Shown: piece by piece, positions 46,823 through 56,267 of the stretch
Numbering within the stretch: the first letter of the stretch is position 1
Layout: every line of letters starts with the position of its first letter
Assembly: GCA_965221035.1 (NCBI GenBank)
Contig: OZ244860.1
Span: 928,687-992,686 of the forward strand
DNA: 64,000 nt
Direction of reading: 5' to 3'
Source of the DNA: Candidatus Rariloculaceae bacterium
GTDB taxonomy: Bacteria; Pseudomonadota; Gammaproteobacteria; Steroidobacterales; Rariloculaceae
Notes under the pieces: model-generated
What the model saw: only the letters and a program-made list of their open reading frames with translations
Database searches by the model: none
Told to the model about the DNA's origin: nothing
Translations under genes and position numbers: made by a program

Positions 46823-49800
46823 CTATCTCGCGAAAGCGTACCGCGCACCCAGGTAGAGGCGCATGTCGCCTTCCTGGTAGGACTGCACTTGTTTATTTGT
46901 ACGGCCACGGAAGATGATCGGTTCGTCCGTAAGGTTGATGCCCTCCAGGAATATGGTCAGATTATCCATGGCAGCATAGCTGGCACTGAAGTCAAGCTGC
47001 GCGAACTCGTCAACAAACCGCGGAATGCGTTGGCCGACGTTAGTGTTGGCCAGAAATCTACCGCGGTTGTTGAAGTGAAAACGCACACTGAACCGATCAT
47101 TCTCGTAGAAGGCTCCGAGATTCCAAGAGTCCGACAAGCCCGTCAGAGCAAACTGCTCCTCTTCGTTCGGGTTGGCATACACATCGTAGCCGATATCTCC
47201 GTCGACAAAGGTCGCGTTGGCCTGGAAACCGAAGCCATTGAGGTTACCGGTGAAGAAGTGCACCCAGTTCAATTCCAGGCCGTTGATATTGGCGCTCGCC
47301 TGGTTCGTGGGCTGCTGGACGATAAAGTCCAACAATGGATCGTCTGAATTGGGTTGGATATCATACCTGCTGGCGACGTCAGATGACAGGTCGGCACCCC
47401 CAGGCTCAGTGGGATCGATGTATTCATCGGCACCCCCTGGAAAATCCTGCGGATTATCGAGGATGGCGGTCATAGTGAAGAGGTTTGTCTCGGTCCTGCC
47501 GTAACCACGTGCCTCCAATTCCGCTACGGCCTGGCCCGAGCGTGTGCCCGGACGCCCGCTGGTAACATCACGCAGGCCGAACAGGTTTGTCGTTACCTGC
47601 TCGTTACCGACAAAGTTCTTTACCGACTTGTCGAAGAAGGCGACCGTAAAGGCACTGCCCTCGCCGTAGTAGTACTCCAGCGACAGGTCGAAGTTGTCGG
47701 ACTCCAGCGGCAACAGTTCCGCGTTACCCCTGCTACCGGTGGCGACGGCACCCAGGTACGTCACACCGCCCGGATTGCCGGCATTGGTATCGACGAACAT
47801 GCTGCCATACGGCGCGCGCGCGATGGTTTTGCTGAACGAGGCGCGCGCTTTCAGGTTATCGGTTGCATCCACCGAGAAATCGAGGCTCGGCAGCAAGTTG
47901 TTATAGCTGAACGTCTGCGTCACAGCCTCTGGTTCCGTGCTGAATACCGTGGCGTGGTCGTTGTCCGATGTCCATTCCTTGTACAGAGGGATCGACTGCA
48001 CCGCTATGGATTCGACCTCCGTCTGCTCCCAACGCAGCCCGGCCACAACCTGCATCGGCCTGCCGGCGATTTCGCCATCCAGGATCCCCTCGCCGTAAAG
48101 CGACACGACGTCTTCGCTGATGAGGTTATCCGATCTGCTGTTGAAGCCTCGGTTGTCTTTGTCGAATCTTCTCCCGCGGACTTCGACGAAGCCGTCATAG
48201 GCCTCCGCTAACGCCAGCGGGTCGACAAAGAACGCCTCCTGACCCACGAGCCGCAGACTGGCGCCCGGGGCTACGGTTCCGCCGGCGGCGGTGAAATCCG
48301 CGACAATTTCGTCTGTCGACAGGATTAGATTGTCGTGGTCATCAAACTGGCAGCTGATGCATACGGATTCGATGGCATCTTCTCCCAGCAGCGTTACGAC
48401 ATCGCCAATGTAGAAAGTGTTCCAGTCACCGATTGCGTCCCGGTAATTCTCGATGGTCCTGTGCATTTCGTGGTCGACAAAGCCCGCGCCGAAATTTGCC
48501 CTGACCGGACCGCCGTTGTCGAACTCAAGCTTTATCTGGGCCTGGTCGATGTTGGTTTCCTGTTCACCAAATTGTTGCAGGATCCACTGGGCACCAAGAT
48601 CCGACTTTTCCATGATGCCGTTCGCATTGCCGCCGGGGAAGGTAACCAGCCTATCACCGACCATGGCGCTGGTGGGGCCCGAACCATCCGCGATGGCCTG
48701 GATGACGTTGGGTATCTCAGTGCGGTAGTCCACGATGTGGGCAGCGACCGCCTGACCGCCGAGGGAGACTGCTTCATAGATAGAGCCACTCGGGTGATTG
48801 CCGCCGGCGGACGTACTGCCATTGGACACGTCGACGTTAAACGTCAACGAGTCATTGATCTGATAGTCGAAATTGAGGCCGAACGAAGACAACTTGTCTC
48901 GCAACTCGAACAAGCCATTCCGGAAAGGGAGCTCCTTGCCCGACTGGCTTAAATCACTGCCAGCGCCGGCCACGAGCGGCTCGGACAACCAGTCCGGGAG
49001 GCTGAGCGCAGGGTGGTCATCGAAGACGACAAAATCGAACTGGCGGACCCAGAAGGGTAGATCGCCAATATTCCATGTACTCTGATCATTCTGTGCGAAC
49101 ATTCCATCCGCGGTTATGGTCATGCGGTCCGAGGGCGCCCACTGCAGGGTCACCATGCCGTTGGTGCGCTCGCGCGATCCCTCGCTGTACGTGTAGGTCG
49201 CGGAATTCGGGAAGCCGGTCAGTTGATCGGGGCCGGGTGGGTTGATCACGGTGGCGTTCTGGTAGGCGCTGATGTTCTGATTGAAGGGGAACCTCCATTG
49301 GATCCCGCCCGAGCCACCGGTAATCGCCGTGCGATTCGAGTATTCGCGTTCCTGGACGGAACCGAAGGCGGACACGCCGAAGGTTCCCGCATCGTTCGTC
49401 CAGCTGCCCAGACCGCTTATTTCCGGCGTCACGCCGTCGCGGCCGGAGTCCTGGAGGGCCTTGGCGCCGAAGGAAAACTGGTTTGCCGATTCCAAGGGCT
49501 GGATGGTTTCTATATTGATCGTTCCGCCAAGTCCGCCGGACGGCACCCCGACACGGCCCGATTTGTATACCTGCAGGCCCGATACCCCCTCGGACGCCAG
49601 GTTCGAGAAGTCGAAGGAGCGCGACTGGCCGCTGCCACCACGGTTGTTGTTGAGGCCGAAGAAGCCAGGCGTGGAGTTGGCCGCAGGCATCTGGCGGCCA
49701 TTCAGGGTCACAATGTTGAAGGCGCCACTGAAGCCGCGAATGGTGACCTCGGACCCTTCGCCCTCGACGCGGTTGATGGACACACCGGTAACGCGCTGCA

Positions 49801-50047
49801 ACGATTCCGCCAGGTTGGTGTCGGGGAACTTGCCGATATCTTCCGCGGAAATGGCGTCCATCACTCCTGAAGACTCGCGCTTGATATCCATGGCCGCCTG
49901 CAAACTGCCGCGTATGCCCGTGACCACGATCTCCTCGATGCCGTCACCGCTCTGCTGCGCACTCGCCTGGCCGGCCATAATGGACAGGGCTGCCGATACG
50001 GCGGTAGCCAGTTTTGTCTTTTGCATCGTGGTTTTAATGTCACCCAT
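46823..50047 (-). CDS. TonB-dependent receptor (carbohydrate-type plug)
   Basis: The internal ATG (GGAGGA upstream) gives MGDIKTTMQKTKLATAVSAALSIMAGQASA. The plug reads IEEIVVTGIRGSL..DAISAEDIGKFPDTNLAESLQRVTGVSI. The C-terminal end is LGARYAFAR. Confidence 0.9.
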   Translation of the reverse strand: MGDIKTTMQKTKLATAVSAALSIMAGQASAQQSGDGIEEIVVTGIRGSLQAAMDIKRESSGVMDAISAEDIGKFPDTNLAESLQRVTGVSINRVEGEGSEVTIRGFSGAFNIVTLNGRQMPAANSTPGFFGLNNNRGGSGQSRSFDFSNLASEGVSGLQVYKSGRVGVPSGGLGGTINIETIQPLESANQFSFGAKALQDSGRDGVTPEISGLGSWTNDAGTFGVSAFGSVQEREYSNRTAITGGSGGIQWRFPFNQNISAYQNATVINPPGPDQLTGFPNSATYTYSEGSRERTNGMVTLQWAPSDRMTITADGMFAQNDQSTWNIGDLPFWVRQFDFVVFDDHPALSLPDWLSEPLVAGAGSDLSQSGKELPFRNGLFELRDKLSSFGLNFDYQINDSLTFNVDVSNGSTSAGGNHPSGSIYEAVSLGGQAVAAHIVDYRTEIPNVIQAIADGSGPTSAMVGDRLVTFPGGNANGIMEKSDLGAQWILQQFGEQETNIDQAQIKLEFDNGGPVRANFGAGFVDHEMHRTIENYRDAIGDWNTFYIGDVVTLLGEDAIESVCISCQFDDHDNLILSTDEIVADFTAAGGTVAPGASLRLVGQEAFFVDPLALAEAYDGFVEVRGRRFDKDNRGFNSRSDNLISEDVVSLYGEGILDGEIAGRPMQVVAGLRWEQTEVESIAVQSIPLYKEWTSDNDHATVFSTEPEAVTQTFSYNNLLPSLDFSVDATDNLKARASFSKTIARAPYGSMFVDTNAGNPGGVTYLGAVATGSRGNAELLPLESDNFDLSLEYYYGEGSAFTVAFFDKSVKNFVGNEQVTTNLFGLRDVTSGRPGTRSGQAVAELEARGYGRTETNLFTMTAILDNPQDFPGGADEYIDPTEPGGADLSSDVASRYDIQPNSDDPLLDFIVQQPTNQASANINGLELNWVHFFTGNLNGFGFQANATFVDGDIGYDVYANPNEEEQFALTGLSDSWNLGAFYENDRFSVRFHFNNRGRFLANTNVGQRIPRFVDEFAQLDFSASYAAMDNLTIFLEGINLTDEPIIFRGRTNKQVQSYQEGDMRLYLGARYAFAR

Positions 50048-50332
50048 CTTTGGTTCTCCTCCAGTCGTAATCAACGACACGCCCGCCGCACGCGCCAGCA
50101 TGCATAAAGGCGAAATCGAATCGATCTGCTGAATTTAGCACACTTCCGCATGGTCAGGAAACCCTTGAGCCGTGGAAACCCGTAGACAGATGAAACAAGC
50201 TCCTGGCAACTGCCAAAATTCGCACCCAAATTTGTAGCATATACGCAACAATACGTTCCGTCCGTGTACCACCCACCCAGCGTTACGGCACCCTGCCCGC
50301 GTGATATGCTCACTTCAAGGAAGACCGCTCAT

Positions 50333-50431
50333 ATGACCAGCATCGCTCTGATTCAGCCCCCGTTCTCGGGCACCGCAGACCTGATGGGTCTGGTCGGCGC
50401 GCAGGCTGCGCGCAGTGGCAGCAAGACCTGA
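50333..50431 (+). CDS. possible 32-aa small ORF upstream of halogenase homologue (not in track)
   Basis: Own translation: MTSIALIQPPFSGTADLMGLVGAQAARSGSKT. AAGGAAG lies ~9 nt upstream. Third codon positions are mostly G/C, and the ORF ends 23 nt before the halogenase ATG. No homology is known to me. Confidence 0.2.
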   Translation: MTSIALIQPPFSGTADLMGLVGAQAARSGSKT

Positions 50432-50454
50432 ATCGTTCACTCTCCAGAGAATCA

Positions 50455-51942
50455 TTGATGGAGGAAAAAATTCGCGTAATCGTCTCCGGTGGCGGAACGG
50501 CCGGTTGGTTGACGGCTTACAGCCTGGTCACGCGACTTGGTAGCTTGCTCGAAATCACCCTGGTCGAATCCGACCAGATCGGTACCGTGGGTGTCGGCGA
50601 GGCGACTGTTCCCACTATCCGCAACTTTCACCAAATATTTAAAGTCGACGAGCGAGAGTTCATGCGCGCGACAAAGGCAACCTTCAAGCTCGGCATTTTT
50701 TTTGACCATTGGGGCGCGCAAGGTGATAGCTACATTCACTCGTTCGGCAACTCCGGACAGAGTACCTGGATGGCGGGGTTCCATCAGTACTGGATGGAAG
50801 CGCATGCCAATGGCTTTGGCGGCAGCCTGGAGGACTATTGCCTTGAATTGAAGGCCGCAAAGGCCGGCAAATTCGCAGTAAAGGTCGGTGAGACGCCACT
50901 GGCGTACGCTTATCACCTGGACGCAACAGCCTACGCCGGATTTTTGCGAAAAAAAAGCGAATCACTCGGCGTCCGGCGAGTCGAAGGCAAGATCAGTCAC
51001 ATTAACGTTGATCCGGTGACGGGCTATATCCGATCGCTGGAGTTGGAGCATGACAGACGGGTCGCCGGTGATTTCTTTATTGATTGCACCGGCTTCAGAG
51101 GTCTGCTCATTGACGGTGCATTGGATGTCGAATACGAGGACTGGAGCCATTGGCTGGCTGCCGACCGCGCTGTGGCAGTGCAGACGACAAGTACCGAGCC
51201 GCCTCCCCCCTATACACGCGCCATTGGACACTCCTCCGGGTGGCAGTGGCGTATCCCCCTTCAAAGCCGCACCGGCAATGGCCTCGTTTTCAGCAGCCGA
51301 TTCTGTTCCGACGACAATGCCCGTGCAACCTTGCTCGGCAATATCACCGGAAAGACCATCACCGAACCCCGCCTCCTGAGATTCAAGACCGGCTTCCGAA
51401 AGAAAGCGTGGCACAAAAACTGTGTTGCCATTGGCTTATCGAGTGGCTTTCTTGAGCCGCTTGAATCGACCAGCATTCACTTGATTACCACTTCACTGAT
51501 ACGCCTGATGAAGCTCTTCCCGTTTTCGGGTTCAATGACACCGCTGGCCGATCACTATAATCGTGAAGCCCGGATTGAGTGGGAGGCAGTGCGCGATTTT
51601 ATTATCCTGCACTACAAGCAGACGCAACGGGATGACAGTGAATTCTGGAATTATTATCGTACCATGGATATCCCGGACAACCTCGCTCACCGCATGGAAA
51701 TCTTCAAGGAAAATGGCCATGTGTGGCCGGATTGGGTAAATTTGTTTCGCTCGCACTCCTGGGTTCAGGTGATGATTGGTCAGGGTTTGTTCCCGAAACA
51801 TCGACACGGTGCAGGCCGTATATTGCCACCGGAAGCATTAAAGCGAGAGCTCAAGAAGCTGAGTGATTTCGTAAACCACAATCTCGCCAGGCTGCCGGAT
51901 CACGAGAACTTTATCGGGCAGTATTGCCAAGCACAGAACTGA
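50455..51942 (+). CDS. flavin-dependent tryptophan-halogenase-family protein
   Basis: 495 aa. The FAD-binding motif is VSGGGTAGW. The halogenase signature GWQWRIPL (WxWxIP) and a conserved Lys context (KATFKLGI) are present. The gene is adjacent to and divergent from a TBDR, as is common for this family. Confidence 0.9.
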   Translation: MMEEKIRVIVSGGGTAGWLTAYSLVTRLGSLLEITLVESDQIGTVGVGEATVPTIRNFHQIFKVDEREFMRATKATFKLGIFFDHWGAQGDSYIHSFGNSGQSTWMAGFHQYWMEAHANGFGGSLEDYCLELKAAKAGKFAVKVGETPLAYAYHLDATAYAGFLRKKSESLGVRRVEGKISHINVDPVTGYIRSLELEHDRRVAGDFFIDCTGFRGLLIDGALDVEYEDWSHWLAADRAVAVQTTSTEPPPPYTRAIGHSSGWQWRIPLQSRTGNGLVFSSRFCSDDNARATLLGNITGKTITEPRLLRFKTGFRKKAWHKNCVAIGLSSGFLEPLESTSIHLITTSLIRLMKLFPFSGSMTPLADHYNREARIEWEAVRDFIILHYKQTQRDDSEFWNYYRTMDIPDNLAHRMEIFKENGHVWPDWVNLFRSHSWVQVMIGQGLFPKHRHGAGRILPPEALKRELKKLSDFVNHNLARLPDHENFIGQYCQAQN

Positions 51943-52264
51943 GTGGCACCGAACAGAAGATAAGGTATAAGGTAGCTTACCCCGACAAAACCGGAAGCAT
52001 GACACCGCAAGCTGTTGCCGCATGGGCGGCAGGCCGCGATGTCGATGGCAAATACACGCGCGAGGCGTTGCGCCCCACGACATCGCCCGTTGCCGATCGA
52101 TGGCCGATGCGTTGGCATGCTCCGCTGAAGCGGCGTGGCGCGCGTAGTGACTCGGATTGGCGGATACGGGTTGCGTGTAACGCCCTAGCTGTGTATTTTG
52201 TGAACTATCAGAAATAGACGAAGATGTGACTCAATTCTACGGTACAAGATCGAGGACCCAATAA

Positions 52265-53755
52265 ATGAATACGCCTACAAGTATATTTAAAGGAATACTC
52301 CTTTCCGGTATTTCGCTGCTTGTTTCCGGCATCTTGCCTCAATACGCCGGAGCCCAGAACACAGATCCTTTGCGAATCTTGATGATTACCGGCGGAGGTC
52401 CTTGGCACGATTATGCAACACAAAAGGACCAGATTGAAGTTGGGCTGTTGGAACGCCTCGCAAACATCGAAATTACGACGGACTATGAAGGCGCGGACAC
52501 GATCACCATGGAATCAACCGATTTCCATTTTTCCCGCCATTTGGAGGATGACTGGGCGGCAGAGTTCGACGTTGTCATCTACAATCACTGCAACCTTCAA
52601 GTAAAAGATGGAGCCTATGTTAGAGGAATAATAGCCGAGCACGTCGAGCATCAAGTTCCTGCCGTGATGCTTCATTGCCCCATCCATCTTTATCAATATG
52701 CAATGGACGGTGCAGCGGATGACTGGTGGGATTTTACCGGTGCTGTTTCATACGTTCACGAGAAAGAAAATCATCCCAATACCTCTCCGTACACGATAGA
52801 GGTACTGGAGCCGCACCATCCGATCATGAGGCACTATCCTCCTTCCTGGCGGACACCTACAGGCGAGTTATATCTGATCGTTGATTTACATGACAATGCC
52901 ACACCGTTGACTCATGCCTATTCGGTGGAGACACACTCCTATACTGAAACAGCCTGGATACACGAATATCAAGGCGTTCGAGTTTTCACCAGCTCACTAG
53001 GGCATCATAATGATTCGATGGGCTCGGATGCGAATTTGAATCTTGTTGCATCGGGCGTGCTCTGGGCGGCTGGACACCTTGAAGAGGATGGTTCGCCTGC
53101 CACGGGATACGAAGGAGAAAGGGGACTTGGGTGGATCTCTCTCCTGGACAATACACTCAACGGTTGGATTGAAAGCGGCGGTGTTGTCAATTGGACGTCG
53201 GCCGCCTGGTATGGGCGACTTGATACGGAGATGGACTGGCCGACCGTCGACAATACCTCGGCCGGAGAATCGTTCCGACTTGACGGCAACACCCTGATTG
53301 TCGAGGGAGATCAAAGAAATCTGTTCTATGACGGTCCGATCGCTGGCGGATATTACAAGAACTTTGAATTCAAGGTGGATGCCTATACCTATCCGGGGTC
53401 GGCTTCAGGGGTCTATTTCCATACCCGTTACGAAGAGGAGGGAACTCCCGCCTCTGGATATGAAGCTCAGATTAACGCCAGCAGGGCTGGTGAGAGCAGG
53501 ACCGGTAGCCTGGTTGGGGTGAACGAGGTAGAGACTGCCCCACACGGCGATAACGAGTGGTTCAGCTACTACATCAAGGTTGATGGCAAGAACGTAACGG
53601 TCAAAGTGAATGATGAGACGGTCAACGAATTCACCGAACCTGCGGATGTGGAAGGACCGGCCAGACTCCAACGGGGCACGATCGGCCTGGAGGCCGTGGG
53701 CCCTGACAGCCGTGTCTACTTTCGGAATCCGATGATTCGTCTATTGCCGGATTAG
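52265..53755 (+). CDS. secreted ThuA-like domain / DUF1080 fusion protein (paralogue of 39923..41401)
   Basis: 496 aa with a signal peptide. Same two-domain architecture as the paralogue (ILMITGGGPWHDY..PAVMLHCPIH; NFEFKVDAYTYPGSASGVYFHTRY..GTIGLE). Confidence 0.88.
   Translation: MNTPTSIFKGILLSGISLLVSGILPQYAGAQNTDPLRILMITGGGPWHDYATQKDQIEVGLLERLANIEITTDYEGADTITMESTDFHFSRHLEDDWAAEFDVVIYNHCNLQVKDGAYVRGIIAEHVEHQVPAVMLHCPIHLYQYAMDGAADDWWDFTGAVSYVHEKENHPNTSPYTIEVLEPHHPIMRHYPPSWRTPTGELYLIVDLHDNATPLTHAYSVETHSYTETAWIHEYQGVRVFTSSLGHHNDSMGSDANLNLVASGVLWAAGHLEEDGSPATGYEGERGLGWISLLDNTLNGWIESGGVVNWTSAAWYGRLDTEMDWPTVDNTSAGESFRLDGNTLIVEGDQRNLFYDGPIAGGYYKNFEFKVDAYTYPGSASGVYFHTRYEEEGTPASGYEAQINASRAGESRTGSLVGVNEVETAPHGDNEWFSYYIKVDGKNVTVKVNDETVNEFTEPADVEGPARLQRGTIGLEAVGPDSRVYFRNPMIRLLPD
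53531..53752. repeat. right arm of inverted repeat (3' end of ThuA-DUF1080 paralogue)
   Basis: See the left arm at 39932-40153: 202/222 identical by hand count, in opposite orientation. Confidence 0.85.
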
Positions 53756-53833
53756 GTACTGGCAGTTTGGGCTCATCCGCAGAATCTATGGGTGGTTCGA
53801 GGGCAGGTTCGGCAAATCGCTGAACTGCCCCGC

Positions 53834-54985
53834 TCACGGCATTCCAAGTACACGACAAAAGGTCCCGAACGGCAGCACCCGGACCCCGGACGAAACATGG
53901 TCTCGTGTTCCGAGGTGGACCTGGTAGAAATGGCTGATACCGGTGCGTTGCCGGAAGTAGGCGATGGCCGGACTCGGCGCTCGGTCGCCAGCCTTGGATT
54001 CAACCGCGAACTGCGGGTCGCCGTCGAGCAGGACGACAAAGTCCACTTCGCGCCGGTCGGTGTCGCGAATGAAGCGAAGTTCCATTCGGTGCCCTTGCGT
54101 ATCTTCAAGGTAGTGGCAGTACTTGAGCAACTGGCAGGCCACGAGATTCTCGAACCGTTCGCCGCGCCCCGGTACCTGTGACCAGTCCCATAGATACAGC
54201 TTGTTCTCCTTCTTGACGGCGCGGATGCGAGGCGCCCCAAATGGTGGAATTCGAAAGCAGACGTACAAGTTCTCGAGAATGCCGATCCAACGGGCGACGG
54301 TCTGGTGCGCCACCTGGAGATCTTCGCAAAGGCTCCGTATTGAGAGCGGTGAACCGACGCGTTCTGGGAGGGCCTCCGCCAACAGTTCGACCAGCGAAAC
54401 GTCGCGCACCTGCTCCAGATCGCGCAGATCCTCGTACACGACCCTCGACATCCTCTCCCGCTGCCAACGGCGCCAAGTCCTCGTATCCCCGGCAAGAAGC
54501 GGCTCGGGAAAGCCTCCGAACCGGAGCAACGCTTCCAGGTCATCCGAAGACGTCGATGCCATTTCACCCATGGAAAAGGGGTGCAGGCGATAGTTGTGAT
54601 AGCGGCCCTGGAGCGAATCGCCCCCCTTGCGATAGTGGTCAAGGCGCGCGGAACCGGTGACCAGAAACGCAGTTCGGTCGCCCTCGGTGTCATAGAGTCC
54701 CTTCACGAGATTGCGCCAGCGGGAATACTTGTGGATCTCGTCCAGCACCAGCAGGGACTCTCCGCCCGGCAGTTCGCCGCGTAGAAGCGAGTGGCGGGCA
54801 CGCGGGTCGTCCCAGTTCAGGTACCCTCGATGCCTGATCCCGCCGGCTCCCAAAAGGCCGAGCGCCAGCGTGGTCTTTCCGACCTGTCTGGGCCCGCCGA
54901 GAAACACCATTTTTCGCAGGAGGTCATCACGAAGCGGCGCCTCGACGTAGCGGGGTATCGGTCCCTTGTCACGCCTCATGATCAT
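53834..54985 (-). CDS. AAA-family ATPase with DUF4143-type C-terminal domain
   Basis: 383 aa. Walker A is GGPRQVGKTT and Walker B-like is LLVLDEIH. The C-terminal region (ENLVACQLLKY..REVDFVV) is typical of AAA_14/DUF4143 proteins. Confidence 0.85.
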   Translation of the reverse strand: MIMRRDKGPIPRYVEAPLRDDLLRKMVFLGGPRQVGKTTLALGLLGAGGIRHRGYLNWDDPRARHSLLRGELPGGESLLVLDEIHKYSRWRNLVKGLYDTEGDRTAFLVTGSARLDHYRKGGDSLQGRYHNYRLHPFSMGEMASTSSDDLEALLRFGGFPEPLLAGDTRTWRRWQRERMSRVVYEDLRDLEQVRDVSLVELLAEALPERVGSPLSIRSLCEDLQVAHQTVARWIGILENLYVCFRIPPFGAPRIRAVKKENKLYLWDWSQVPGRGERFENLVACQLLKYCHYLEDTQGHRMELRFIRDTDRREVDFVVLLDGDPQFAVESKAGDRAPSPAIAYFRQRTGISHFYQVHLGTRDHVSSGVRVLPFGTFCRVLGMP

Positions 54986-55051
54986 GGCTCCAGCCGCAGG
55001 GCCAACGCTGCAAGCGGCCCGGCGATTATATTAGTAAAATCACCTTTATTT

Positions 55052-55073
55052 CAAATTACTCATGAGTAATTTG
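55052..55073. promoter_or_regulatory. perfect 22-bp palindrome in AT-rich region upstream of the AAA ATPase gene
   Basis: CAAATTACTCATGAGTAATTTG is its own reverse complement. It lies 67 nt upstream of the ATPase start, inside a ~75-bp AT-rich tract in an otherwise GC-rich region. Confidence 0.4.
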
Positions 55074-55109
55074 TAGTTTACATGAAAATACCAACGCGCA
55101 TCATCCCGT

Positions 55110-55159
55110 CACCCCTCTCGAACACCCCTCTCGAACACCCCCTCGAACAACCTCTCGAA
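55110..55159. repeat. 12-13-bp direct tandem repeat x4 (CACCCCTCTCGAA)
   Basis: The array is cacccctctcgaa cacccctctcgaa caccccctcgaa caacctctcgaa. It lies between the ATPase promoter region and the apbE start. Confidence 0.8.
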
Positions 55160-55182
55160 CACCGGATTGGTACCATAACGGC

Positions 55183-56229
55183 GTGAACCCTCTCCGCCCG
55201 ACATCGACATCACCGTCGCCCCGATTGACCTGCCTGGCGGTCCCACTGTTGCTGGCCGGCTGTTCCGCCGGGCCCGAAACGATCGAACTGCGCGGCCAGA
55301 CCATGGGGACGTCGTACTCGATCAGGGTCGTCGAGCCTCCCAGCCGCTCCGGGATTTCTCCGGAAGTGCTGAGGCAACAGGTGACAGCGCGGCTCGACGA
55401 GTTGGAATACCTGTTCTCGACCTACCGTCCGGATTCGGAGGTCAGCCGGTTCAACGCAAGTACGGGAGAAGACTGGACCGGCGTGTCGCAGGACTTCCTG
55501 GAAGTGCTCGAATTGGCCGCCGCGGCCAGCGAACTCACCGGCAGCGCGTTCGATCCCACGGTGGGACCGCTTGTGGAGCTGTGGGGATTCGGTGCCGGTG
55601 GCGAGGGCGGGCAGGTCCCGGAGCGGACGGAGTTGGAGCGACATCTGCAGGCCACGGGGTTCTCGCATCTCGGTTGGCGGCATTCGCCGCCTTCGGTGCG
55701 GCGCACGCGGCCCGGCATTCAACTGGATTTTTCCGGCATCGCGAAAGGGTACGCTGTCGACGAAATCTGGGACTTGTTGGCCGCAGCCGGCTTCACGGCT
55801 TTCCTGGTGGAAATCGGCGGAGAAGTGCGAACCCGCGGTCGACGGGCGGATGGGCGGGACTGGACCGTCGGTGTCGAAAGCCCGGACGCATCCGGCATCG
55901 CCGGGGTTGTCCCTATGCGGGACTCGGCCATCGCAACGTCGGGAGACTACCGAAACTACTTCGAGCATGAAGGCAGGCGCTACTCCCATGTCCTGGACCC
56001 ACGCAGCGGCTGGCCCGTATCCCATGACTTAGCCGCGGTCAGCGTCGTGAATTCAACCGCGGCCATGGCCGACGCCCTGGCTACCGCGCTGCTTGTGCTA
56101 GGCCCGGCGAAGGGGTACGAGCTGGCCGAGCGAGAGGGTATCGCCGCGCTCCTGGTGGTGCGTTCCGCCGAGGGTCTGCAGGTGACCCGTACCCCCGCCT
56201 ACGAAACCGTCATCGGCGATCCAATATAA
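55183..56229 (+). CDS. apbE: FAD:protein FMN transferase (ApbE family) lipoprotein
   Basis: 348 aa with a GTG start. Lipobox LLLAGCSA. ApbE motifs include GQTMGTSYSI, FDPTVGPLV, DFSGIAKGY, AIATSGDY and MADALATAL. Confidence 0.85.
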   Translation: MNPLRPTSTSPSPRLTCLAVPLLLAGCSAGPETIELRGQTMGTSYSIRVVEPPSRSGISPEVLRQQVTARLDELEYLFSTYRPDSEVSRFNASTGEDWTGVSQDFLEVLELAAAASELTGSAFDPTVGPLVELWGFGAGGEGGQVPERTELERHLQATGFSHLGWRHSPPSVRRTRPGIQLDFSGIAKGYAVDEIWDLLAAAGFTAFLVEIGGEVRTRGRRADGRDWTVGVESPDASGIAGVVPMRDSAIATSGDYRNYFEHEGRRYSHVLDPRSGWPVSHDLAAVSVVNSTAAMADALATALLVLGPAKGYELAEREGIAALLVVRSAEGLQVTRTPAYETVIGDPI

Positions 56230-56267
56230 TTCGGATTCGTTCTACCTGGCACCGCACGGCGCAACCC

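Noticed and set aside
51943-52264. 322-bp relatively GC-rich spacer between the halogenase and the second ThuA-DUF1080 gene. It contains short inverted repeats (GCGATGTCG...CGACATCGC; CCGC-TGAA-GCGG) and two overlapping 72-97-aa track ORFs.
   Set aside because: The ORFs have no SD and no protein-like composition. I could not fold the repeats by eye into a convincing riboswitch or sRNA, or recognise any known motif. It may be a gene remnant, and it needs covariance-model scanning before any claim.
53773-54693. 306-aa ORF overlapping the AAA ATPase gene in another frame
   Set aside because: No recognisable motifs and a Arg/Ser/Cys/Trp-rich composition. The ATPase frame has Walker A/B motifs and a DUF4143-like tail.
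55110-55159. Possible CRISPR array
   Set aside because: The units are only 12-13 bp and directly abut, with no spacers. This is not a CRISPR architecture. I noticed no other spaced repeat array anywhere in the window.
55101-55304. 67-aa minus ORF spanning the 13-bp tandem repeats
   Set aside because: Its repetitive translation (..GVREVVRGGVREGCSRGV..) is simply the repeat array read through. It also overlaps the apbE start region and has no SD.
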